A stretch of DNA of 63,588 bases, counting the filler, from Rhabdomonas costata (lineage: Eukaryota), in assembly GCA_019059605.1 (NCBI GenBank). It is 40 parts of 40 records of this genome, joined end to end, with 100 filler letters (N's around TTAATTAATTAA, not from the genome) between each part and the next. Parts side by side here need not be neighbours in the genome. Positions count along the whole stretch, not along the records: positions 11,152 to 12,644 come from JAHMHO010014579.1; positions 12,745 to 14,235 come from JAHMHO010014580.1; positions 14,336 to 15,826 come from JAHMHO010014581.1; positions 15,927 to 17,419 come from JAHMHO010014582.1; positions 17,520 to 19,013 come from JAHMHO010014583.1; positions 19,114 to 20,605 come from JAHMHO010014584.1; positions 20,706 to 22,197 come from JAHMHO010014585.1; positions 22,298 to 23,789 come from JAHMHO010014586.1; 32 more parts are not named here. One strand, written 5' to 3'. The notes beneath the pieces are model-generated. The model saw only the letters and a program-made list of their open reading frames with translations. It was not told the origin of the DNA and made no database searches. Shown here one piece after another: positions 12,024-25,482 of the stretch; position 1 is the stretch's first letter, and each line of letters starts with the position of its first letter. The position numbers and the translations under genes were made by a program.

Positions 12024-13338
12024 GTGGTGAGGGGTCAAACAGTCCATGGCCGCCCAGAGTGACAATCACATTAAGTTGTTCATCGATTTCTCCCATTACA
12101 TTTATACTCTTCCATTTCATTTTTGTCCCTGTGTCTCTAAGTTAATTCAGAGCTCAAAAGCTGGCTCAGGCGTGATCAGTTCTGTGACACAAATTATATG
12201 CATAGCACAGTTGGAAACGTGCAACAATGCCATGCTTCAATGTTTGTTCGCATTATTTTCTGAACTTGCATGGTCTTTTCTTTTCTGCAGTCTGTTTTCT
12301 TTTCCGCTTTCCGATTGAGTGTCACGTGCTGCCCTTTGGCGGACCATGCTTTTCTCTTTCCTTTGGTAAGGCCAAGGAGATACCTTCTCCCTTCTTTTCC
12401 TTCCGGTTCCTTTCTTTTCCAATGATGTATTCCCCAGTCCTTTTCTTTGCCACCACTGGCGCGCTTTCGGTGGCCTTTCCGTTCTCGCTGTTGGCTGCCT
12501 CGGGGGCTTCACCGCTCCCCTGTGCGGTAGCGTTTTCGGGCTTTGCCTGGCCCTTAGTTTAGTGCAGTGGCAGATGGTGCGGTGGCAGCTCAGTCAGTGC
12601 CTGGAAAGCTCCGATTGCGCTGCCACCGCACCATCTACCACAACNNNNNNNNNNNNNNNNNNNNNNNNNNNNNNNNNNNNNNNNNNNNTTAATTAATTAA
12701 NNNNNNNNNNNNNNNNNNNNNNNNNNNNNNNNNNNNNNNNNNNNCCGTCCGCTCCGTGGCGCTCCTCTTTGGTGAGGCGCGAGTTTAGCGGGTATCTCAG
12801 ACACCGTCCGAGAGTTTTCTGGCTACGCTCGCGGGGGAGGGGGGCTCTCTGTTCAATTGAGCCAGAGGAAGATAATGTGGTGGTACGCTCTCTCTCTCTC
12901 TCTCTGAATCTCTCTCAGCAATGGATTACTCCATCGGGTGGCCCTATCCAGCTTAGCTTGCGCAGCTCAACAGCCTCACCCTTGAACGGCCCGCCTGCAC
13001 TTGTGGGGATGGGGATGGGATTTCGGCCTTGAGGGCATATGCTTTCTATGTTATGCTGCCTGTAGGCCTGAACTAAAGAACTAGAGGGGCCCGTAAGTCG
13101 GAGGGGGGGGAATCCCCAGTGGACCCCAACTACCTTTCGATTTTTGCCCGGCAATGCCATTATGACACACAGCGCGTGTGGTATTTCTTATGCGCTCTAA
13201 TGCTCTAATACTCACAGCTTTGGCTTGCATTATAGTCTTTCTTATGGTCTAATGCGGATTTGCCAGGAAAGTGTGTGGGGGTAATAACCTTCGAAGATAA
13301 TCAGTTAGGGAAACATTAGTCCGGCTTGTTCTTTTCAG

Positions 13339-14105
13339 AGATGACTCCGCTGGACAGCTGGCCCACTTCCTGCTGGACACCGAGACAACTCACAACCACA
13401 AGGAGATGCTGTGCGTGGAGCTGCGCTCTGTGGAGCAGGAGCACCGCGAGGTAGTGCGCTCTCCACAGCCCAGGGCTCGCCCACCACCTACCGCCCTTTC
13501 TAAGAAGAGCAACATCACACTCGCTGGTAGTTTCCGTCACACATCGGGAACCGCCAAAGCAAATTCCCTTCATGGGACAACCCTTATCTTTATCGACTCT
13601 TTCTGAGGACCAGAAGAGACGAGAAGCCTCGTTGTGAGCCCCTTCTTGGCTGCTCTATAATGAGCTGCTCATTGAGATTGACGTTTAACCCGGGCTTGGC
13701 ACCACTGTTCTTCCAATTGTTCCCCAGTTTTCTGCACTCTTGTATCCCCTCATCCCGCTGCAGTTCCTTGTCCTTGTCTTGATGTTCAAAGATACTTCGC
13801 CGCGTTAATATTTGGGTACTCCCGCCCCGATTGTTGGAGCCGGGTAGCATGGACATGATGAGCTTTGCCAACTTTGCTGAAGTTACATAACGGATGAGAC
13901 AGTCTTGAGACAGTTTTGAGTCTTTTCGCTCAAATTGTCTCAAATTTTTAGCTCAGTGCGCGCTCATTTTTGGTGCTCAGGTCTGACGTTTTCGGTTCAC
14001 CTGTTTTCTTTTTGCTGCAGGAGCAGGAGAAGCTCGGGGTGGAGCTGCAGCAGCTGAAGAGCAGGGCACAGCAGCTCAAGGAGGAGATCTCCCTTACCCG
14101 CGACC
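13339..14105 (+). CDS. Two exons of a coiled-coil protein
   Basis: Exons 13339-13450 (cttttcag|...GAG|gtagtg) and 14021-~14105 (tttgctgcag|) give ...EMLCVELRSVEQEHRE|EQEKLGVELQQLKSRAQQLKEEISLTRD. The 3' boundary is uncertain. Confidence 0.5.
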
Positions 14106-14618
14106 GTATCAAAGCACGCTCCTCAGAGCTAACGTCTGTGCACCACCGCAGCTTTTCACACCACGAGCTTAAAACTGTCCTTTTGCCCTTTTGAGGTTGA
14201 CATTGGGACATTGGGACATAGGGGCTTCGCTTGAGNNNNNNNNNNNNNNNNNNNNNNNNNNNNNNNNNNNNNNNNNNNNTTAATTAATTAANNNNNNNNN
14301 NNNNNNNNNNNNNNNNNNNNNNNNNNNNNNNNNNNAAAACAAACTCAATAAACCCAGAACATCCAAGCGAAATCTCTCTGCTCACTGTGTGTAGATTGCA
14401 AAGCAACTCAAAGAAGACGCAAAATCCGTGGGAACTCAATTCCTTCGCAAACGGCGGAAACGAAGTCCAAACACTAGATCTGGGTTCTACACAGAGAATT
14501 CAATTCCTTCGCGGATTTCGTTCACACAGCGAAAAGGGGTGCAATGCTGCACAGACACGGCACGGCCCCACTGGCCATTGAAGATGTGGCGGGCGCTGCA
14601 ATCCAAAGACTGCGGCAG

Positions 14619-15553
14619 CTACAGCGACATGGCGGCCGCCGCGGCAAAACACTGCTGAGCCAAGCCTGTCGAGCAAAAATGAAAGCGGGGGAGGTAACAA
14701 AAGGAGGAAAGCCACCCACGCCATAATGCCAAAGCTGTACAGAGGCACATTCAGAAATGCACACTACATCAACCTGGCTGACAGCGCGTCTGCCTTGGGT
14801 CAATTGGCCACAGTGCAGTGTCACCTCCAATACACGCGAGAGAAACGCGTTAAAAGTTCTGCCGAGGGAGCGCTCACGTATCGCCTCGGACACTTTTATT
14901 TATCGTCAACGTTTGCCTCAGAAGCGCAACAAGTTGAGCCCACGTTCGCACAAAGCGTGGCTTAGAGTCAATGTGTCACAGCCCACCATGGGGAATTCCC
15001 AACACATCTTCGAAACATGTACTTTGTCATGGCAGTACCAAGCGCGAACACTAAATCATTTGATAGCGATTTGGAGAGAACAAACTTCTGATCATTCTTC
15101 TGTAGTGATACCATCCAATGCTAGTAGAATGCGGCGTTGTTTCCGAAATTGCGCGGATGTGCGGAATGCTTTGATTTTGGACAAAGGGGTCGAAAAGGAA
15201 TGAGCCAAACATCCTGGCTGTGTTTCTTCGTCCGCGCACCTTGCTAACACTCTTCCTACACAACCGCGCAAGCAAGAACACCGAACGCAGCACTGCGCCG
15301 CACCCCACAGGCAGAGGGCATACTGTGCAGCTCCTTCTCTGCGCACTTCAGGCCCAGGCTGTTCCACAGGTCGAAGGCCAGGCTGCCGGGAATCTCCGCC
15401 CCTCCGGGCTGCCCTTGCAAATGCTGCTGCGGGGTCTGCTGGGTGGCCTGGGCCAACGCCTGCACCGCCTCGGGCATCCGCCCCCCCTGCAGTGCTAGCT
15501 TCAGCCGCTGGGCAAGCGGGACACCCGGCACGGACAGCGCCTCGGAGATGTAC
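14619..15553 (-). CDS. C-terminal two exons of an alpha-solenoid protein resembling the coatomer WD-associated region (beta'-COP or TSET-like)
   Basis: Exons 15553-15324 and 14665-14619 splice in frame: RLKLALQGGRMPEAVQAL...LWNSLGLKCAEKELH|SLAQQCFAAAAAMSL*. This resembles the LALQLG...W..L...A......LAQEC pattern of coatomer. Confidence 0.45.
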
Positions 15554-16349
15554 CTGATGCCCCACCAACCCTAGAGTGAAGGAGAGAGCATGTGCATTGA
15601 TGAAAAGAAATTTTCGATTTCTGCAGCAAGAAGGAATACAACGGGATGAAACATGAATTTTGTATGGCAAGTGTTGCTCACAAGGGTAATTTTTCTGATT
15701 AGCAACCCCAAAGCGTAAACGCACGCACGAAAATACACACGTAACACAGCCGCCACAACGGCAGCATCCAAGGTTGGGTGTACGAGGGATGATGATGCTA
15801 TGACCGTTGTTGAAGCACCACCCACANNNNNNNNNNNNNNNNNNNNNNNNNNNNNNNNNNNNNNNNNNNNTTAATTAATTAANNNNNNNNNNNNNNNNNN
15901 NNNNNNNNNNNNNNNNNNNNNNNNNNGTGTTTTCAAAACGCTTCTCAGGTCTTGTTCCCTCCCTATTATGATTGGTTACCATGCAGCGTTTTGAAAATAC
16001 TCCACTTCCGCCGACAATGGCGTCTGGGCCACATTTTAGGCTCGTTTTTCGCCTGTTTCTGGCCCATTTCTGACCCATTTTGCTTGGGTTTGCCCCATTT
16101 TAGGGCATTTTTCACCAAAAACTCGACCCCCCTGTTCCCGCATGGTCAATGTTGGATCGGAAACTATGGTCGTAGTATGTCCCTCCCGGCCCTGCACTTT
16201 TTCGGGACCAAAATTGACCGGCGGGGGAAGGGGGTAACGAGGTACAGAATTATTGTCCATTTTAAGACCCTTTTATTTTGTGTTTTGTCAATATGTATAG
16301 GATAGGGCACGGAAGCGTCCGAAAAGCGCATGGAAATTGGAGGACGCAC

Positions 16350-17419
16350 CCATTCCCAAGCGGGGCAGGCAGACCGTCGCGGCTACGACCAGCTTGTTCC
16401 TGTGAAGCGAAACAGAACAACTCGAGCCCTTAAGGATGCAGTAGTCATTGCAACTTGTCAAATCCTGCTCTGAAGACTCCTAAAAAAGTCCAGAAAAGGG
16501 GGTGGAAGGAAGAATCCAGGTCATCAAGAAAGAAAATCTCAAACCGGTAGTCCCGCATCAACCCCGTGCCATTAATGCACCGCACAGCCGCGTCAATCGG
16601 GCCTTGGGTGGTGCCCGGCGCGGTGCCACAGTTTGGCGAGCACTCCGCCGTGAGCCTGGGCTCGTACAGGTAGGTGGCTCCCACGCCGGTGTCGTTCGTG
16701 ACCTTCTCCACCAGCAAGAGCTCTGTGGTTCCGCCCAACTTGGCGTTCAGCGCAGAGCCCTGCTTCGCCAAAAGCCGGAGGTACTCCGATCGAACAACGT
16801 GATAAGCACTAGAATCGTAGATGTCCTGGGTCTCGGTGGATTCCAGCTGAAGCTCCAACATGAAACTGGCGTTCAGGTTGGACATCTCCCAGGAAATCAC
16901 CAGGGAGCTTGGGTCGTCATAGCTCGCATGCCCCATAGAGATCTGCGTCGGAGATAACAACGCTGCTGCTCCCGCGGGGTCAAACGCACAGCTGCCAACC
17001 GTGCACGGAACAAAGCTGCCCGTAAGCACAACCCCAGGGTTGGCCTTCTGCTCCACAACAAGATCCAGCACTTCATTCGTGAGATTCGCCACGTATGCTC
17101 CGTCCACAACCTGGGTCAGGAAGCTCACCTGGCTCTGCCGGAACGGAAGCACGTACACAATCCCCAGTGCAGTCCCTGGAACCCGCACGGACGCAATGAA
17201 CGCAGCCTCTTGGGTGTACGTGGTCCCCAAAGAGCTTTCCTCCGAAGACGAGCTGCTGGAAACCGCATCGGCGGCAGCACTCAGCACGTCACTGCTGAGG
17301 CTGCACCCGGACGAAGGTTGGCCTCCTGCGCAGTACCGAAGTTGGCTAAGAAGTACCGCACCATTGCCCAGGTTGTAGCCATGGGTCGCAGTCGCGTTGG
17401 CGGAGGCCTGCACAAGCAG
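16350..17419 (-). CDS. Extracellular tandem Cache-like sensory-domain protein (partial)
   Basis: Exon 17419-16545 (CG|gtttga) plus exon 16399-16350 (cacag|G...G|gtgcgt) restore GTGLMRDYR|NKLVVAATVCLPRLGMG, the DYR..VVAA....P..G.G Cache-type motif. An earlier related unit reads TTYTQEAAFIASVRVPGTALGIVYV. Confidence 0.6.
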
Positions 17420-19793
17420 NNNNNNNNNNNNNNNNNNNNNNNNNNNNNNNNNNNNNNNNNNNNTTAATTAATTAANNNNNNNNNNNNNNNNNNNNNNNNN
17501 NNNNNNNNNNNNNNNNNNNTAAGAGGCAGAGGAGAGGGTTTGAGTAATGCCGGAAGAGTAACGATGATGCACGCTTGGAGAAGGGGCTGCCACAGTTGAA
17601 CAGGAAGTGGAGCGGGGTGTGGCGGCGAGAAAGTAGATAAAGGGCAGGGAGCAGGACACCCGTTTCCGACACGTGGTTGGGATCTACCGCAGGATTTCCG
17701 AGGTACGCATGTGCGTACCCCATACACATCTCACGCATACATAAGCAAATGCACATTTTCGTCCACACCCGCAAACGCATCAGCGGCCCAACGCAAAACA
17801 CATCGAAAGTTTCTTTCCTCCACATACTCCCCTCACGCTACCGTTAAAAAGAAACAGGCCTGAGCATTTCATAGCGTTTGTTCGCTTCAAGATGTCTTTT
17901 TTAAACAGAAGGAGATTGGTACCCGCCAGGCTAGGGCACGGGGTGTCCATGCAGTTGCTAATCATGTATATAAGGTAGGGTTTGTGGACAGAGCTTCAGA
18001 GTTTCTTTTGTGTGGTTGGTTCACGGCCTTGCTGGGGACTCACTCGCTGCAAGCCCAGACCCCCCAGCCGTACGTGTGTTGACCATAACGCCCTGGAACA
18101 CCAAAAAGTTTTGCTAAAGTTTTGCTAAATTTTGCCGAGCAATTTCCCGAAAGTTGAAATTGCCAGTCTTTTGCAATACTACTGTGCCCGGTAACATGAG
18201 GATAAATGGGTGAATAATTTTGCTTGGAAAGGAGTTTAGCACCAGAGGACAACAGAGAGAGACAATTCGGCAATGTACACAAAACTGCCAACATCATTTT
18301 TTCAAGTGGGGTAAATGGGAAACAGGTCGAATTTATCAACAGCGGTGAGCAGACGGAGCAAGGAAGGGAGGAAGCGCAAGTTCTAGTAAGAATGCGGTGT
18401 GCCAAACAGCAATATTGGCATGTTGATTGTGCGCTCAGACGATTGACGTGGCGGTGTTGCCCTTGGGCTCCTGTGTGAGGCACCAGGTGGACTTTGGGTT
18501 TGGGAACTTGTGGCTCGCCATGCGCCTGCGCCAAGGCCAAGGAGCGGCTCCTAGGCCGTCCCAAGGTCCCACAGACCCTCTTTGGGGCCTGCGGTGGCTG
18601 CCCCCATTGCTCCGTCATGCACTACTCCGCCGCCGGGGCTCAGCACCAGCGCCCGGGGCCGTTCACGGCGCCCTATCAAACAGTTCCTCTGGGCCTCCCG
18701 CCCTGGTCGACCAGAACCCGTGCTTATAGCCTAATTTTGTCACATAATGCATCCAACGGTGTGTCGACGGCTTTCCGCTTTGGCTTTTGCCTTGTTCTTT
18801 TCACTTTCCATTTTTGTGAATATGTGGAACACAGTGGAGGAAATGAAGGATTAAGTCAAATAAAACCTAATTGCACTCAATATTTTAAGTACTTTTATTA
18901 GGAATGTTTTTTAAACAATAAACGCAGGAAGCTCTAAGTAGGATGTACAGCATGACGCGATGACATTGATGACACACTCCCGTGGCAACGCACCATAAGC
19001 ATACCCCCCAACCNNNNNNNNNNNNNNNNNNNNNNNNNNNNNNNNNNNNNNNNNNNNTTAATTAATTAANNNNNNNNNNNNNNNNNNNNNNNNNNNNNNN
19101 NNNNNNNNNNNNNGTGTTGGGTTTGTGCGTGTTTGGATTTCCTCTCAGGTTTGGGCTGTACATCCTGGGCAAAGCTCCAGTGCTCCAAGGGACGTAGCAC
19201 CTCCGCATTGCCCAGGATGTACAGCCCAAACCTGAGAGGAAATCCAAACACGCACAAACGCAACAATCAGTAGAACAGGTCTGATGGGGGGTGGGCGTGA
19301 TGGTGTGATGGGAGTTTCCGTCCTGCTGCGCCTCTCTTCTTTGGGTCAGACATGCCCTACGTATTCTCCTTCCCATCTTCAGCTCTCACCATTTCTCGGA
19401 CAGTTGGTTTTCTGTAATATGGTTTGCTTGTTGTAAGTGGTTGGCCCTCAGAGTGAAAAGCAAATGCAAACCAGGCGCGAACCAAACGTCAACAACCGTC
19501 GGGCTGCACTGGCGGTAGCTGACCGCTGACCCAAGATATATGTCTGGGACCAATAGGACCAATGCTTCCCTCGATGAATCCACACGGGTAAATTCTCCAA
19601 GGAACCAAGAGAATCTAATCTGCGGTGCCATCGATTGTTTGGTTTCTCAATCCCCATAACAGGCCAACCCTACCAGTTTCAAGAAGCGGAAAAAAGATAC
19701 ACCGGGGAAGTTTTTGTCTGATTAACAACCCACATCCGAAGCAGAAGCACACGACATCAACGGAGGCTCCGGTGGGATGGGGGCGGGCGGCAC

Positions 19794-20198
19794 CGGGCCC
19801 GGGTCAGCGCGGTGAACATGAGATGGGGGCTGCGCAGGAAGTCTGGGCAGAAGTCCTGTGTGGTAGCGACCAAGGACAGCACCACCACGTCGGCCTCCAC
19901 CGCGCGAGCCCCCGCGACGGTCTCCACGGTGACCCCGCCCAGGCCAGAGCACCGCCTCCGCAGCGCAATCATCTGTGCCACCCACGCAGTGGAGTGTGAG
20001 AGACAGAGGTAAGGGTACTAGAAGATTATCACAAGGCACCGACCCACCAGAACCGTCTGGGAAGGCACGGGGAGCTACGGCAACTCTGACCCAGAGAGCC
20101 CCAAAGACCTGAATCTTGTACGGCGTCAGGATGGCCAGCTGCTGAGGCCGCAGCCCTCCAAGCAGAAGATACTCAGCCAGCCTGAACGCCATCTCCAC
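19794..20198 (-). CDS. UPF1-like SF1 helicase C-terminal (AAA_12) domain exons, ZNFX1/AQR-like, with degenerate motifs
   Basis: Exons 20198-20109 and 19972-19794 are separated by a GT-AG intron (20108-19973). Translation VEMAFRLAEYLLLGGLRPQQLAILTPYKIQ|MIALRRRC...VETVAGARAVEADVVVLSLV...DFLRSPHLMFTALTRAR. Confidence 0.8.
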
Positions 20199-20705
20199 CT
20201 GCAAATGGGCAAAGCGCATAGAAGCAAAACAGCAGACATCCTTGCACCGTGAGCTGTCCTATCCACTGCGCGGATTCCCCGGATTAAAAAAGACCCCCAC
20301 CCCTCAGCGCATTCAAGGTTTCAAGGTTTGTGCGGCGTGCAAGACAACCCGTGGCATAGTAATTAATCTTCCCATCCTATCAGCACCAGCCCCACACCAC
20401 GTTCTCACCTCTTGCTTGTTGGCCCAGCTGGGCTGACCGTCGCAGATCCCCTGGCTGTGGGGGTGGTCGTGGGTCCAAAACACGGCCTCGGACACCATCC
20501 CGTCTACCACAGCGCAAGGGCCCCTGGGGTAAAAACCCACCCACCCCATTTAATCCTTTCCCGAACACCTACATCCCAGCACCAGGAGAACCGAAAAAAA
20601 CAAAANNNNNNNNNNNNNNNNNNNNNNNNNNNNNNNNNNNNNNNNNNNNTTAATTAATTAANNNNNNNNNNNNNNNNNNNNNNNNNNNNNNNNNNNNNNN
20701 NNNNN

Positions 20706-20910
20706 GCCTTGGTTGTTGGTGTTGGGTGCTGGTGCTGTGCTTGGTGGGTGTTGATGCTGTGTCTGTCTATGTGGTTGTGGTGTTGGTTTAGTGGGTCTGT
20801 GTGTCTGTGTGTCTGTGGCAATGATGGTGTGCTTGTGGTTGTGGCTGATGGCGTGGTTGGTGGTTGGTGTTGTCGTGCAATTATCTGGTTGGGTGTCGGA
20901 TGGTGGTGTC
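20706..20910 (+). repeat. G/T-rich low-complexity tract at the contig start
   Basis: Degenerate TGG/TGT repeats with very few A. May be partly amplification-primer derived. Confidence 0.7.
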
Positions 20911-23900
20911 AGCGTCTCATAGTGCGGTTTTATCTTATTTTCCTCTTGTTTGAGTTCCGGATTGCCCCAGGGCTGGTATGGTTACTTCCTCCGTTGTGTG
21001 GTTCTTCTGCGCTGGTGAAACCGTGATAATGGGTTGTCGTTTTGGGTTGTGAAGATGACTTTGTACCCCCGCCGGACCTTTTGACATGGGATTAGGGATT
21101 CATGGGGTGCTTTCGGCTCCGGGCGTGGGGTGTTAATTTGTTCGGCCTCCTTGAATGGACCCGGCGCCCCGTGGTACTGGCAAGCGGGTGAACGCGCGGA
21201 GGTCATTAGGGCAACATGGCGCCTTTTGGTCGGAAACGCCGTTCGAAGCGGGATCCACTTACGGCGGGGCGGCGCAAAGAAGGTATCAAAAAAAACGGGG
21301 CGCCAAGCAAGCAACACGTGCAACAGCGTGGACTCGTCGGCAGGAACGCGGTTCGGCAAAGCCCCTCCGCAGAAGGAAAACTATCAAGCAAAACAGGTTA
21401 AAGGAGGCAGCGAGAAAAAAAACAGCGCACTTTCTTGGAGGACCTCCTCTTTTCCACACCCATATCGCCCTCAGGCACCCCTGGGGGACTCGTGGTTTCA
21501 GCAGGGGCTCGGCATCACCGCCTCCAAGCGCGCGTTTCCGCAGGAGGCTTTTCCTGGAAAGGTGACTTCGAAAGGGGTTCCGGGTCAGTGCCAGTGTGCG
21601 CCTGCCGGGCAGTCATCTTGAGACCATTTATTCCGCCGACTGATAACAACGTCTACCCCTCGAGATCGACCGTACTGCAAGAATATTTCTCCACCCTCAC
21701 CCATTCGCAACCCCAAACCACCACCATAAAATGGTAATCTGGGGCACAGCCTTCTACCAAGCCACCAGAAAAAAAGAGCACTTGCTCTTTATATTCAAAA
21801 TCCATATTTATCTTTGTAGATGGAACACTTCATAGACCACTGGTTCGACAACCCAATCTCAAAGAGCAGTAACTGCGACATTCAGAGAAATTGCTTTTGG
21901 AGAAGAAAAGAGGCGGAGCACATCAACGCGCAACATGCGACAAAGTTGGTGAAACATGACAGAGGGTACCTTTCCGAAACATACACTTTTTCGCCCTCCT
22001 AAGCACATCAACAGCGCCACTTTTTGCAGAGGCTTGTTCACAAATCACTGCACCAGCCCCAAACCCCGACGGAGCTGGAGAAACTCTGCCGCCGAAGGGT
22101 GTTGCGGACGCAGCACCCTACACACCAGAAGGGAAAGCACAAAAGTGAAGGAGTCTGAAGCAACTATTTCAAAAGTAACCACAAACCCAACTCGAAANNN
22201 NNNNNNNNNNNNNNNNNNNNNNNNNNNNNNNNNNNNNNNNNTTAATTAATTAANNNNNNNNNNNNNNNNNNNNNNNNNNNNNNNNNNNNNNNNNNNNTTT
22301 TGCTTTTGACGAGGCGTCCAATTGGAGACTACTTTTCTTCAAGCAGGTCACGATAACAAAAGCTCATCTGGGAGGCATGCACGCCGACCCCGGTAAGAAA
22401 AGAGGAAAACAACAGAACCGCAAGCCTATTGCCGAACGCGGCCCTCCCAGCGCAGCGCCTGAAAGATCGGGCGGAATCCCGGTGAGTGTGCGCGTAGCGT
22501 GTGCGTGCGGGCCCCTCCCCCCGAGGTTTTATGTTCCCTTCTCTGGTCGCCGTGCTTTGGCTTCATGTGAGAGAGAATCTTCGGTCTTCCCTTTTTGATT
22601 CTTTATGTGCTACTTGGGGTAAAATTTAGTAACGCGCAGTGTCTCACCTGATTAAAGCGCGAATATTCAGATTTTTGCAGGCGGAATCTCGGTCTCACTC
22701 GGTACACGGTTAACCGGTCAGTGAAATGGTTTCCCATTAACCCCCAAAAGCCAACCTGCACGCCAGAAAACCAAAACCCGCAACCCATACACCTGCTGCA
22801 ACCCATACAGCAGGTGGAAGCCTTTTGAGACACAGACCTGCCCAGAGATGTAGTGGTTACCTTGGCCCTTTCCCCGTTCCACGTCTCAGAATCCTTCAGA
22901 AGCCACACAAACGAAGAGTCACGTAGGAAGCGGCAAGAAGGGGTTCGGATTAGAAAGGCAGCAGTCGGGTGAGCCGCAGCTACGGGAACACAAGGCACAA
23001 GGGGCGGCCGTGTGGTGGGAAACGGCAGGAACTGCCGTCCCTCCACAGAGAGGGCTGGACAGGGTTTTGATGAGCACCTCCAGCCACAAGGGCGGGCGGT
23101 AATCAGAGAAAAAGAGACAAAGAGAAAACAAAAGCAGAAAAAGCCCGGAGGCAAAGAAGCGAAGAGAAAAACTAAACCGTGGGTTCTTCCACCAGTTAGA
23201 AAACATCAGAGGTCCAAGCGGCTGGAAGAAGAATGGAATGGTGCTGGGGTGCAGTTGACAACCAAGCACCTCAGATCCGGATTGCTGCGACAGGAGGCAA
23301 ACGCAAGAAAAAACAAGGAAGGATGGGAAAAGTGTGAAGGGTGTGGGTGCGTTTTTTTGACAAAGCTGCTGTGATGAGGGCCTTCTCCAAACGCAGCCGA
23401 GCCCACCCTTCCCTCGAGCCTGATTTCATAACTTCACGGAGCGCGAATTGGATGTATGTATTGCACGTCAAAAAAACTGTAGCCGCGGCGACCCACACAT
23501 CACGAATAGGTCGCTGTGCATTTCCAAAAAAAAAAAGAAAAGAAACAACTAGAGCCCATTTCTCCGCAATAAGGTCGCGCCGGACTGCCAAACCCCCCCG
23601 CTACATTGCTGAAATGCTGAACTAAAAGCAAACGCGAGAGAACACCTTCACTTCTCCAGTTTGCACGGGTGCCCTCCTAAAGCACCGGCACCCGCACGGG
23701 CACCGGCACCGGCACCGCAGGTGAGCGCCCAGCCGCTGCCTGTGCTTCTGTGAAACCGGACAACGCGCCCCAATGCAACCAGAGTGCATNNNNNNNNNNN
23801 NNNNNNNNNNNNNNNNNNNNNNNNNNNNNNNNNTTAATTAATTAANNNNNNNNNNNNNNNNNNNNNNNNNNNNNNNNNNNNNNNNNNNNGTTTTTTTTGC

Positions 23901-25482
23901 TGTTATTCCTCTTTTTCACTCTGTAAGCATGACGCGCAAGGTCACTGCCGAGCAGAGACCTTCTGACCCTTGGGAAAGCTTGTTGGTTTCAAGTAGCCTC
24001 TGGTCGGCAGTGACCTTGCGCGTCATGCTTACAGAGTGAAAAAGAGGAATAACAGCAAGAAAAAGCCCAGTGCAGTTGGTTTCTTTTATCACCGAAGCCG
24101 GCACTTCCACCTTATGGGGGAACATTGGTCGTAGATAATAATAAAAAGCAGGCGGAAATCCTTCTGACCTTGCCTGCAATACGGTTTTCATAATGCATGA
24201 GGCGTAAAACGGTTGCCGGTGACCTTTCTTCATGGAAGGACTTCCAAAACAAGCTTGCTGTAACTTTGATTTTTCTGGGTTATGTCGAACAAAACTAAAC
24301 TTGTCAAATCTTCATTGCTGTATTTCTGGAGTCATTCTCACGTCGGAATTTTCTGCACTCCCAAACAAACAATCCCGTCCCTCGTCAAAGAAGAAGAGGC
24401 GAAATAAAATATGCAGTTGGAGAGAAACGCCTTGATCTCCTAAATGTGAGCGCAGTCCTTCATGTGATGTGAATTGCAAACCATTCACAGAGTACACTGC
24501 GTTTGCCCTGAGGTTGTAGGGAGAACGAGCAGTGCATTAGTCTGGCTTCAGCGTGCCTCATCTTCAATGTTTGCTTGAATTTTGACCTGCGTACCATAAA
24601 TTTGGCCGAAATCCTCGAAATCTCGTAACAAAAAATGGCAAAGACAAACGTCGCCTGGACTTTTGTTCTGCATTTCCGCTTTTCCTTCAGCCTAGTCGCA
24701 ATGTCCAGTTTCATCGGAGGAACATTCAGAGAGTGTAGATCGTCCCCGGCGAGACAAATAGCCACCCACCTGTAAAAGCGGGTTGGTTCAGAGCACCTTC
24801 TCTCGTGCCATTGTTGTATACACAGCAGACGGTCGTTACACCTTCTCGAGTCCTTGGAGCAACTTTTTTAGGTTAGGTAGCACTTAACCAGCTCCACGAT
24901 CAAGGGACCCGTCCATTGGAAGTTCCGGAGACAGAACCAGGACCAGGACAGCCCCTCGATTCCTTTTGCACGCACCTCTGTCCTCACTTCGTGCAAAACC
25001 GCAAAACCACCATACGTGCTAGAACGTGATGCAGCTGCAGCAAAGAGCGCTCGAGCCAAGGTCGGCAGTTAACAGCTTACACGGCCGCGTTGCGGTTGAG
25101 GACTGCCAGTGAGAATCTAGCATTCAGTCATAGAACTCCATTGCTGATTTTCTGGACTGACATAACACACAGTGACACAACCGCTTCCGTGGCTTCCTTC
25201 CGCTGCCTGAACCCTGCCGAAATTACTTTAAATCACCGCACTTTAAGCTCACATCCCGTGAAAAAGTTTGAGAAGCCTGGGAAGGCCCTCGATAGCTCCT
25301 TGTCACGCAGGTGACAAACAGGCAAATTGGTTGCAAATTAAACTCATTTGAACAACACAAAGAAGATGAGCACACACAACCNNNNNNNNNNNNNNNNNNN
25401 NNNNNNNNNNNNNNNNNNNNNNNNNTTAATTAATTAANNNNNNNNNNNNNNNNNNNNNNNNNNNNNNNNNNNNNNNNNNNNT

